A DNA stretch of 64,000 nt from Candidatus Moraniibacteriota bacterium (GTDB taxonomy: Bacteria > Patescibacteriota > Minisyncoccia > Moranbacterales > GCA-2747515): assembly GCA_046116545.1 (NCBI GenBank), contig CP175956.1, positions 1,025,734 through 1,089,733 of the forward strand, given 5' to 3'. The notes under the pieces were generated by a model. That model was not told the origin of the DNA, ran no database searches, and worked only from the letters and a program-made list of their open reading frames with translations. Positions 20,329 through 28,515 of the stretch are shown piece after piece (within the stretch, counting starts at the first letter, position 1; every line of letters starts with the position of its first letter). Both the position numbers and the translations under genes were made by a program.

Positions 20329-21270
20329 TTATCCCAAAGAATTATATAAAGCATGAATTTTTTGTGTTGCTAAATCTTGTAATTCCTCTTTCGATTGTCT
20401 GCCATTTTCATCTATGTGTATTGATTTATCAAAAATAACCTTACTATTTCGAATTCCTGTTGGCACAATATCCAAAGTTTCACCTGTAACTCTTTTATAT
20501 TCCCTAGCAACAAGTGCATAGCCAGCATATGATCTACGATCGTCTTCTTCAATCCTGGAAAATGGTCCTTCTGTAAAAATAGCCACATTTTCACCACTTA
20601 GTAATAAAGCCACCATTGATTTGATATTTTTTATATTACCACCTCCCAATCCATCTACACCTTCTTTCACTTTTTCATGAGCCTCTCTTTCAGATACTCG
20701 TGATTTTTTTACAACTTTTTCTTGTTGTTTATCATCAAGATTAGAAAATGTTTCTCGTACAGAAACCATTCCTAACTTCTTCATCAACCACTTAAAAGCT
20801 CCTATTTTATCATTATCCCAATTTATTGTTTCTGCTGAAACTATATGAACTGGATCTTCTAATGCCGCAATAAGCCTGCCCGTTTCTCCACCTCTATGAT
20901 TAGCTATAAATAACTTAGGGTTATCAGACAACTGCTCTTTTCCATAAACGTCTTTTAAAGCTAGTTTGCTTATCAATTTAAATATCTTATACACTGTAGA
21001 TGGTTTTTGTATTTCTATGTAATCAGGTAGATTTTTTTCAATATACGAAAATATTTTTTCTTCTCTCTTTTTTTTAATAATATTCTCATCTTCCATTTTA
21101 TCAATTAAAGCTATTTGTTCATGCAACTCTCCAATTTTTTCTGCATCTTTTTTGATATATATTTCAGTATTTTCTGTCTCACATTGCATTTCTTTTGCCT
21201 CAGATTTTTCAAAAGTTTCTCTATCTGTATTATTCGTTTTTTCTTGTATTCTAAATTTAGATTCATTCAT
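20329..21270 (-). CDS. Hypothetical protein with degenerate lysophospholipid-acyltransferase-like blocks
   Basis: FIANHRGGE (NHxxxxD-like block lacking the Asp), IFTEGPFS (FPEG-like block) and IVPTGI. The match is weak. Confidence 0.35.
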   Translation of the reverse strand: MNESKFRIQEKTNNTDRETFEKSEAKEMQCETENTEIYIKKDAEKIGELHEQIALIDKMEDENIIKKKREEKIFSYIEKNLPDYIEIQKPSTVYKIFKLISKLALKDVYGKEQLSDNPKLFIANHRGGETGRLIAALEDPVHIVSAETINWDNDKIGAFKWLMKKLGMVSVRETFSNLDDKQQEKVVKKSRVSEREAHEKVKEGVDGLGGGNIKNIKSMVALLLSGENVAIFTEGPFSRIEEDDRRSYAGYALVAREYKRVTGETLDIVPTGIRNSKVIFDKSIHIDENGRQSKEELQDLATQKIHALYNSLG

Positions 21271-21410
21271 AAATCAATATTCCTATTAACAATCTAAGTA
21301 TAGCATACAAAAAAAGGCAATGTACCTCTCTGTCAAAAATGAGTACCATCTACTCCAAAACTAAATTCCAAACCGTTCAAACATCATACCATAGAGCCAA
21401 CACTGCATTA

Positions 21411-22571
21411 CTATTTTTTATCATAATATTCAATAGTATCTTCATACACTTGTACTAAGTTTTTGGCACATGCTGTTGTTGTATACTTTTCCTGAGCTAT
21501 TTGACGAGCTGCTTTACTCATTAATTTTATCTTTTCTTTATCATCAATTAATGAAATGACTGCATTTATAAATTCTCTTTCATCTTCTATTACAGATATT
21601 CCATTGACACTATCCTCAATTAAATCTCCAACACCATTTTCACCGATTGCTACAATTGGTTTTCCTACATACATATTTTCTGTAACTATCGTACCTTGTG
21701 TTTCTGAAGTAGATGCATACACAAAAAAATCTCCAGCATCTAAATAATTTTTCACATCTTCTCGTTTAATTTTTCCTGGAAAAATAACTTGACCCAAAAC
21801 ATTTTTTAATTTAAAAATATCTTCCATTTCTTTTTGTAATTCTCCTTCTCCACCACACAAAAACACTACATCAGATTTTTCACTTAAAACTTCAGCAATA
21901 CAATTTGCCAAAAATATTACATTTTTTTCTTCATTCAATCTAGAAACTGTGACTAAAACTGTTTTGTCTTCAGAAATATCATATTGGTTTTTTATTTTAT
22001 TTCCCATAGGATTCACGAATAAATCCTCATCAACTCCAGAAGGCACAATACTTACCCTTTCATGCTCAACTCCAGCTATTTTTATAACATCAATAATTGA
22101 TTTTGTTGGAACGATAACATGGTCACAATCTTCTGCAAAACCTGCTGCCTCTTTCATTGCCCAATGTCCAGATAATTTTTCTGGTATAAGTGGTGTATAG
22201 TGGGCATACCTGTCATAAAGTGAATGCCAAGTAAAAATAAGTGGCACATCTTTTTTTATAGCCCATTTACTTGCAACTGAACCAAGTAAGTTTGGATGCT
22301 GTGCATGAATTATATCTATATCTAATGATTTTATTACATCATCCATTTTGTGTGAATATGGTATAACAATAGAAAAATCAATCTTCGTAGGAGCCTTCAC
22401 TGAAGGATATCTAAAAATATTCACTTCATCGTTGCTATTATCACCCCATTCAGGAGCAAACACATAAACCGTATGACCTAATGCAATTAGCGATCTACGA
22501 AACCCCTCCACTGAAGTACTTACTCCATAAGGATTTGGTAAATAATTATTCGTAAATATTGCTATTTTCAT
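21411..22571 (-). CDS. Glycosyltransferase family 4 (GT-B fold)
   Basis: The N-terminus MKIAIFTNNYLPNPYGVSTSVEGF is typical of GT4 enzymes. The C-terminal EGFG-like block GEGELQ…E.QGT is present. Confidence 0.8.
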   Translation of the reverse strand: MKIAIFTNNYLPNPYGVSTSVEGFRRSLIALGHTVYVFAPEWGDNSNDEVNIFRYPSVKAPTKIDFSIVIPYSHKMDDVIKSLDIDIIHAQHPNLLGSVASKWAIKKDVPLIFTWHSLYDRYAHYTPLIPEKLSGHWAMKEAAGFAEDCDHVIVPTKSIIDVIKIAGVEHERVSIVPSGVDEDLFVNPMGNKIKNQYDISEDKTVLVTVSRLNEEKNVIFLANCIAEVLSEKSDVVFLCGGEGELQKEMEDIFKLKNVLGQVIFPGKIKREDVKNYLDAGDFFVYASTSETQGTIVTENMYVGKPIVAIGENGVGDLIEDSVNGISVIEDEREFINAVISLIDDKEKIKLMSKAARQIAQEKYTTTACAKNLVQVYEDTIEYYDKK

Positions 22572-22576
22572 TGTTT

Positions 22577-23434
22577 TTAATTTTTATTTACAAAATCAAC
22601 AACACTTTCAAACACATCAGAATGTTCTCCATTTCCCATAAAGTTATGACTTGCATCTTTTATAACACGCATTTCTTTTTTTTCAGAATTCACCTTGTTA
22701 TAAATATTATAAATACTATTTTTTGATATAAGATGATCTTTTTCTGGTTGAATAATAAATATCGGCTGTGTGATTTTTTCTAAATTCTGATGAGAATTTT
22801 TTATAACCTCTAAAGCTTCAAATGCACTTGAAATTGGATATTTTTGATATGAAATTAATTGTGTTATGCTTGGTTTTTTATTTTTAAATTTTGGATAATA
22901 TTTCTTTTTATATTTTGTAAATTTATTTACAGTCCTAGCTGCACATAGACCAGCTTTTTCATGTTTCATTTTATAGGGAGTACTCATAAGCACAAGACCA
23001 TCTACATCTTTATTATTTGCAGCAACTTGTATAGATAAATTTCCACCCATAGACATTCCACCTAGGTACACTTTTTTATATTGTTTTCTTACTCTTTTAT
23101 ATGTTTTTTCCACATCAGATACCCACTGTTCCCAACTAACATTTTCCAAATGTTCAGGCTGTGTACCATGTCCTGATAGAAGTGGAGCATCTACCGCAAG
23201 TCCCTTATTATTTAATTGTTCCCCCAATACCCTCATCTCATATGGAGTAGAAGTCCAACCATGCACCAAAATAACACAGGTATCTTCTGTGCCTTTTAAG
23301 TGAAATGGTTTATTTATAATATTATTATCTTTTTCACAACACTCAATCATAGATTGTGGTAGATCACTATCACTAATTTTGAATGTTTTATATAAATTTT
23401 GTATATACTCAGTCATGTGTCTATCAATAAACAA
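22577..23434 (-). CDS. Alpha/beta-hydrolase (esterase/lipase-like)
   Basis: HGWTSTP segment, a nucleophile elbow GGMSMGG (GxSxG) and a C-terminal His. Confidence 0.7.
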   Translation of the reverse strand: MFIDRHMTEYIQNLYKTFKISDSDLPQSMIECCEKDNNIINKPFHLKGTEDTCVILVHGWTSTPYEMRVLGEQLNNKGLAVDAPLLSGHGTQPEHLENVSWEQWVSDVEKTYKRVRKQYKKVYLGGMSMGGNLSIQVAANNKDVDGLVLMSTPYKMKHEKAGLCAARTVNKFTKYKKKYYPKFKNKKPSITQLISYQKYPISSAFEALEVIKNSHQNLEKITQPIFIIQPEKDHLISKNSIYNIYNKVNSEKKEMRVIKDASHNFMGNGEHSDVFESVVDFVNKN

Positions 23435-23493
23435 CTATAATTTATTTTATAAAATACTACACTGCTTTTCCTTTTTTTACAATACTATCACCA

Positions 23494-24090
23494 TTAATTA
23501 TATGGATCTTCGAGAATCTCTTTTGCTTTTTTCTTATCCCATTTATACCAAATTAAAGCACTTCCAATAAATAATGTAGACATTATCCAACCAGCCCATG
23601 ATACATACTCAACAATTCTTTCATACATATATCCAAAAGAATACCCTATTATAACCAGAAAACCACTCCAAAAGATACCCCCTATAAGTGTATACATAAA
23701 AAATTTCCAAAATGGCATCTTCACTATACCCGCAGCAATAAATGTCACCCAACACAATCCAGTTGTAGATTTAACTGCTATAATTATTTTTCCACCATGT
23801 CCATTAAATGCTTTTTCCATTTTCAATACTGATGATTCCTTTATTCCTACTCTATATCCAATTTTATTTACAAATCTCATCCCCCATTTACGACCAATTC
23901 CATACAATAAAACATCTCCGATTATTCCAGCTACTAGAGAAATACAAAAAACTACATATACATTAAATACTCCCATTGAAGCCATAAATGCTGCAACTAT
24001 TGCAACTATTGGACCTATAATCATCATCAATGGAATCATTATCGCGTATCCGTATTCATTCAAAAATTGTATTACTACCTGTCCATCCAT
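23494..24090 (-). CDS. DedA/SNARE-associated family membrane protein
   Basis: IIAVKSTTGLCWVTFIAAGIVKMPFWKFFMYTLIGGIFWS, a DedA-like signature. Confidence 0.75.
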   Translation of the reverse strand: MDGQVVIQFLNEYGYAIMIPLMMIIGPIVAIVAAFMASMGVFNVYVVFCISLVAGIIGDVLLYGIGRKWGMRFVNKIGYRVGIKESSVLKMEKAFNGHGGKIIIAVKSTTGLCWVTFIAAGIVKMPFWKFFMYTLIGGIFWSGFLVIIGYSFGYMYERIVEYVSWAGWIMSTLFIGSALIWYKWDKKKAKEILEDPYN

Positions 24091-24129
24091 AATGTTTATT
24101 ATATATCATTTTTACTATATAATACAGTT

Positions 24130-25806
24130 ATGGAAAACTTCAAAAACATATCACACTCCAGTGATAGAAAAATAGAAAATAATAAAATACATCAAAATAG
24201 TGAAAAAGGCTTTACCAGACGAGAATTCAATATTGGACTAGCTGCCGCTGCAACTGTTACTGCAATTGGAGGTACTAAATTTTTAACATCCCGAAGAACT
24301 GGAGAATTAGAAAATGATATTAGCCCTGAAGACCAACTTAAACTTGATTCAAAACTAGCAGAAATACAAAAACGATTAACACCCACAGACCAACAAACAG
24401 AAATTTTAAAAACAGAAGATGAAATTGTTGGTAAAACATTTAGACAACAAATTCAAGAAAATGGCTATATTTCTATTGACGCACAAACAAAAAAAGCAAT
24501 TTATGACCATTGGCACAAAAGATATTCACCTGATGGTAGTGATTATAGTGGTGGACTGATAGAGGGCCTAAACCGAATGGAACCATGGATTGATGAAATA
24601 AAAGAAATATTTAATGATTATGATATTCCCTCAGAATATATTTTTTTAGCTATTCCAGAATCTCATTTTGATATTGATGCTGTCTCACATACTGGGGCAA
24701 TTGGACCTTACCAAATAACAGCACAAACTGCAGACCTGTTCGATATGCAACATACTACTGCATATGATGAGCGACGCGATCCAATCTATAGTGCCCAATT
24801 ATGTGCAAAACATTTGAAACACAGCTATGAACGATTTGGACATGATTGGTCACTTGCTCTCATGGACTATAATGGTGGATTTACAAATAATTATCTAGAA
24901 TACGTAAAAGAAACCGAAAAAGTAACTCCATTAGAAATTCAAGATGAAATACACACTTTACAAAATGGCGAGACATTATCTTCAGTAGCTATAAAATATA
25001 ATACATCAATACGACTTTTACGAAGAGCTAATAATATTTCAACTGAAGAGGTTCTTAAACTTGGAATTGGTAAAAAATTAAGAATCCCACAAGAAAGAAA
25101 TATAACACTTGAAGGATTTAATGATTGGTTGGAAGATCGCATAAATGATGAGATCTCAGATGATAAACCTTATATTGTACAACCTGGAGATACGTTAACT
25201 AAAATTCAAACAAAAACCGGGATTGCAATAAAGGATATTATGTCGACCAATGGATTGACTGACACAATTGTTAAAATTGGACAAAAACTAAAACTACCTC
25301 CCACAGAAAGAACTGCAGACATTGTTAATAAAAAACTTAATGCTATATCAAAATTTAGTGAAAATATAAATTATCCAGAAAAATTTTTTGCCATATCTGA
25401 CATAATAAAATCTGAAGGTCTTGATAATATATTACATGACACGCAAAGAATATATAAAATGATTGATATCCCAAAAGTAAATATTACAAAATTTACACAC
25501 ACAGTTACACGTGGTGACACAGTGAGAGGTCTTGCTATAAAACTCAAAAGAAAATATCCACAAACCCAATTAACAATTGCCACTATAATTGGAATGTTTA
25601 AAAATACACATAATTTAGATACAAAATATACTATACGCAAGGGACAGAAATTAAGCATTTCATTTCCCATGGAAAGACCTGCTACATTATTAGATATTTC
25701 AAAAAAACATAATTTAGCTATTAATTTTCTACAAAAACTAAATCCTGCAATATTAATAAATAAAGCTGAGTTGCCCAAAGATATTAAAGTTAGAATACCT
25801 AAGTAA
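24130..25806 (+). CDS. Membrane-anchored lytic transglycosylase (SLT domain) with three LysM repeats
   Basis: SLT motif LAIPESHFDIDAVSHTGAIGPYQI. LysM-like units: HTLQNGETLSSVAIKY, YIVQPGDTLTKIQTKTG and HTVTRGDTVRGLAIKL. The start was moved to the second Met to avoid a 24-nt head-on overlap with the DedA gene. Confidence 0.75.
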   Translation: MENFKNISHSSDRKIENNKIHQNSEKGFTRREFNIGLAAAATVTAIGGTKFLTSRRTGELENDISPEDQLKLDSKLAEIQKRLTPTDQQTEILKTEDEIVGKTFRQQIQENGYISIDAQTKKAIYDHWHKRYSPDGSDYSGGLIEGLNRMEPWIDEIKEIFNDYDIPSEYIFLAIPESHFDIDAVSHTGAIGPYQITAQTADLFDMQHTTAYDERRDPIYSAQLCAKHLKHSYERFGHDWSLALMDYNGGFTNNYLEYVKETEKVTPLEIQDEIHTLQNGETLSSVAIKYNTSIRLLRRANNISTEEVLKLGIGKKLRIPQERNITLEGFNDWLEDRINDEISDDKPYIVQPGDTLTKIQTKTGIAIKDIMSTNGLTDTIVKIGQKLKLPPTERTADIVNKKLNAISKFSENINYPEKFFAISDIIKSEGLDNILHDTQRIYKMIDIPKVNITKFTHTVTRGDTVRGLAIKLKRKYPQTQLTIATIIGMFKNTHNLDTKYTIRKGQKLSISFPMERPATLLDISKKHNLAINFLQKLNPAILINKAELPKDIKVRIPK

Positions 25807-25871
25807 TAACAAAAAAACAACTCCTATTAATGGGAGTTGTTTTTATATTGTTCTTTTTTTGCTCTAATTCA

Positions 25872-28202
25872 TTAGACTATAATATCCTTTCTAACGATTC
25901 CATCTTTAACACGTATTTCACCACGCTTTTCGAATTGTTTACCACTTATAGGCTGTCCTTTTGCCTTAATATTATATAATCCATTATCTGCAAGAAGATA
26001 ATACCTACCAATTGAATCTGTTACAGCAAATCCCTCTTTATAACTAGTTTCTTTTTTATAGAGATTAACAACAGCAAATGGAATTGGCTTTCCATCACTT
26101 GTTTCCACTACACCATATTTCTTTTTCTTAAAGAATTTTTGAAATATAAATAACACAACGTAGATACCAAGTACAACAAAATTAAATATTGACGGGTAAA
26201 AATAAGTAATTATTATAGTTGCACTAAATCCTATAACATAAATTGCTGTAAAAAAGTACTTTTTAAATATTGACCAGTTAGAATTATATTGTTTCTCCTT
26301 CTTAACAGCATATTCCTTCCAATCAATATTATCAGATTTCATAGCAATATTTGAAAGCATAACGTGATCTTCATTTATTTCAACTTCTCCTCCATCATAA
26401 ATATTTCCATACAATTCGTCATTAGAATCATTAGTCATTAATTTATAATCTTTTTTAGCTACGTTAATAATGTAATTTCCTGGACTTACTAAAAATCCAA
26501 ATCTACCATCTTTATCAGAATATGTTGTTGCCATCTCCTTGCCCATTGTATCCAAAAGTACAATCTTTACAGCTGGGATAGGAACTCTTGTTTCACTATC
26601 AAATACAACTCCCCAATTTCTTTCTTCCTTACGCCTTCCTATTATTCCAAATAATTCCAAAAATTGTAAAAATACAGTACTACTAAATGCTCCTGGCATA
26701 GCTGCAAATAACGGTATCGAAGATCCAGCTAGTGCAGCCGTTGTCCCAGCTACAGCTCCTACAGTAGCAGCAGTTTGATATGTTCTCTTAGTTTCCTCTG
26801 GGGCTATAGTTTCTCTAGCTTTTTCTTTTTTTACACTCTCACCAACATACGAATCATCCGCTTCATCTAACTCTTCTTCCAATTTATCTTCTAGTTCTTC
26901 TTCATCTACATCAGTAGAACCACCTGAAATATCACAAGCTCCTATATAATCACCATGATCCAAATGCTCTTGAAGTGATAATTCTGCAATTGAAATAGTA
27001 TCACCCTTGTGACAAATAATAATCTTTTTACCTTCAACTTGTGTACATGCACCAACAGTAGCTCCTTGATCTAAATAAGTCTGCAATTCTGATTGCAAAA
27101 CAATTATTGTAATTCCATCTGAACAGATTTCAACTGTGGGATCTGGAATACTTACAGTATTTGTAGTTGCACTTTTTGAACTTGAATACTCACTTTCATA
27201 ATCCTCACCATCAAGAGAATATTTAACCTTAAATGTATATTCTGTTCCCGAATTAAGTCCAGTTAATCCCAAAACCACCTCGCCACTACCATCTGTTTTT
27301 TTACTAAAATCAACTGTAAATGTATTTCCGGTTAATTCATTTTTTATATGAACAATAAAATCCAAATCTTCATCTTGTCTGTCACTAACTTCAACAATAA
27401 TATCTAGTGAACTAGTTGTGATATTATCAATGCTTTTAATTTCAGGATCAGACAAATCTTCTTCATCTTTAATAGTCGTTATAGTTTTTGAATTCGAATA
27501 CTCACTAAAATTCAAACTTCCATTTCTAGTATATTTAACCTTAAATGTATATTCTGTATCAGGATCCAAACTATCCATATTAAGTATCACATTACTTCCA
27601 GTAATATTTTTTGTCATTTGTACAGTATATGAACCTCCGCCGCTAACTTCAACAATAAAATCCATAAAACTTCCTATAAAACTAGGATCAATTGCTACAT
27701 TCAAGTCTACTGTATTAATAGTAACATCATCAATAGAACTAAGAACTGGTGCGTTAATTAATGTTGTAGCACTGTCCATATCAGAATCACCACTAAAAAC
27801 TCCACCCGGCCTAGAATATCTCACATTAAACTCATATTCCGTTCCCGGATCTAGCCCTGTCACATTTAAAATAGTTTGTGCATTAGAGTCAGTTCCCTGT
27901 GTATAATTAGCACTTGAGACATCTCCTGAAACAACATTTGTAATCGTCACAACATAATCAAGTATTTCATTTGCATAACCACTGTATGTATTTTCAACTT
28001 CAGTAAGTAAATCTAGGGAATTTGTAGTTACATTATCTATACTAATAATAGATGGAGTTGCTGGAACAACAACCAAACTATTATCTACAGTCACACCTAA
28101 ATTTTGACCAGCGTTCTGAGTAGCTGCCTCAACATTAGAAAATACACCTACAATAACAAAAAATAAAATTGTTATAATGACTTTTTCAAAAATTTTTTTC
28201 AT
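25872..28202 (-). CDS. Large multi-domain membrane protein. Domain order: signal peptide, 3 Fn3-like repeats, a duplicated Cys/His motif, an acidic linker, a TM helix, a CarboxypepD_reg-like domain, a TM hairpin, and a second CarboxypepD_reg-like domain
   Basis: Three ~95-aa repeats (SIDNVTTNSLDLL…, SIDDVTINTVDLNV…, SIDNITTSSLDIIV…). Motifs ICSDGITIIVLQSELQTYLDQGATVGAC and ICHKGDTISIAELSLQEHLDHGDYIGAC. Regulatory-domain-like segments RVPIPAVKIVLLDTMGKEMATTYSDKDGRFGF and GKPIPFAVVNLYKKETSYKEGFAVTDSIGRYYL. Confidence 0.6.
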   Translation of the reverse strand: MKKIFEKVIITILFFVIVGVFSNVEAATQNAGQNLGVTVDNSLVVVPATPSIISIDNVTTNSLDLLTEVENTYSGYANEILDYVVTITNVVSGDVSSANYTQGTDSNAQTILNVTGLDPGTEYEFNVRYSRPGGVFSGDSDMDSATTLINAPVLSSIDDVTINTVDLNVAIDPSFIGSFMDFIVEVSGGGSYTVQMTKNITGSNVILNMDSLDPDTEYTFKVKYTRNGSLNFSEYSNSKTITTIKDEEDLSDPEIKSIDNITTSSLDIIVEVSDRQDEDLDFIVHIKNELTGNTFTVDFSKKTDGSGEVVLGLTGLNSGTEYTFKVKYSLDGEDYESEYSSSKSATTNTVSIPDPTVEICSDGITIIVLQSELQTYLDQGATVGACTQVEGKKIIICHKGDTISIAELSLQEHLDHGDYIGACDISGGSTDVDEEELEDKLEEELDEADDSYVGESVKKEKARETIAPEETKRTYQTAATVGAVAGTTAALAGSSIPLFAAMPGAFSSTVFLQFLELFGIIGRRKEERNWGVVFDSETRVPIPAVKIVLLDTMGKEMATTYSDKDGRFGFLVSPGNYIINVAKKDYKLMTNDSNDELYGNIYDGGEVEINEDHVMLSNIAMKSDNIDWKEYAVKKEKQYNSNWSIFKKYFFTAIYVIGFSATIIITYFYPSIFNFVVLGIYVVLFIFQKFFKKKKYGVVETSDGKPIPFAVVNLYKKETSYKEGFAVTDSIGRYYLLADNGLYNIKAKGQPISGKQFEKRGEIRVKDGIVRKDIIV

Positions 28203-28372
28203 ATTTTTTTATTTAATTTACATCTTTTTAAATTATAACATTTTTAAATAACTTTGCACACCAAAACTCTCAAAATTAACATATATTATATATACTTGAT
28301 TTTTTATAAAAACACTGTTACAATAATTCCCGTACTAAAGAAACAACAATTTATCAGACCTTGCTATAAAAA

Positions 28373-28444
28373 GGTCCGGTCGTCTAGTGGTTAGGACGCC
28401 AGGTTTTCATCCTGGTAACCGGAGTTCGATTCTCCGTCGGACTA
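28373..28444 (+). tRNA. tRNA-Glu (anticodon UUC)
   Basis: Manual fold: acceptor GGTCCGG/TCGGACT (G·U at both ends), D arm GTCT…GGAC, anticodon stem CCAGG/CCTGG with loop TTTTCAT, T arm CGGAG-TTCGATT-CTCCG and discriminator A. The 5' half closely resembles E. coli tRNA-Glu. Confidence 0.85.
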
Positions 28445-28464
28445 CAAATGTGCACTATTTTTAA

Positions 28465-28498
28465 AAACACCTGTATTATGTGAGGTGTTTTTTGTTTT
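28465..28498 (+). terminator. Bidirectional intrinsic terminator. It terminates tRNA-Glu on the + strand and surface paralog 2 on the - strand
   Basis: AAACACCT-gtattatgtg-AGGTGTTT stem-loop followed by TTTTTGTTTT. Confidence 0.5.
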
Positions 28499-28515
28499 GA
28501 ATTATTTAATTTTTT

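Noticed and set aside
24067-24129. Upstream start (24067) for the SLT/LysM gene
   Set aside because: It would create a 24-nt head-to-head overlap with the divergent DedA start codon. The second Met at 24130 gives a 39-nt divergent gap and is followed by a TM anchor
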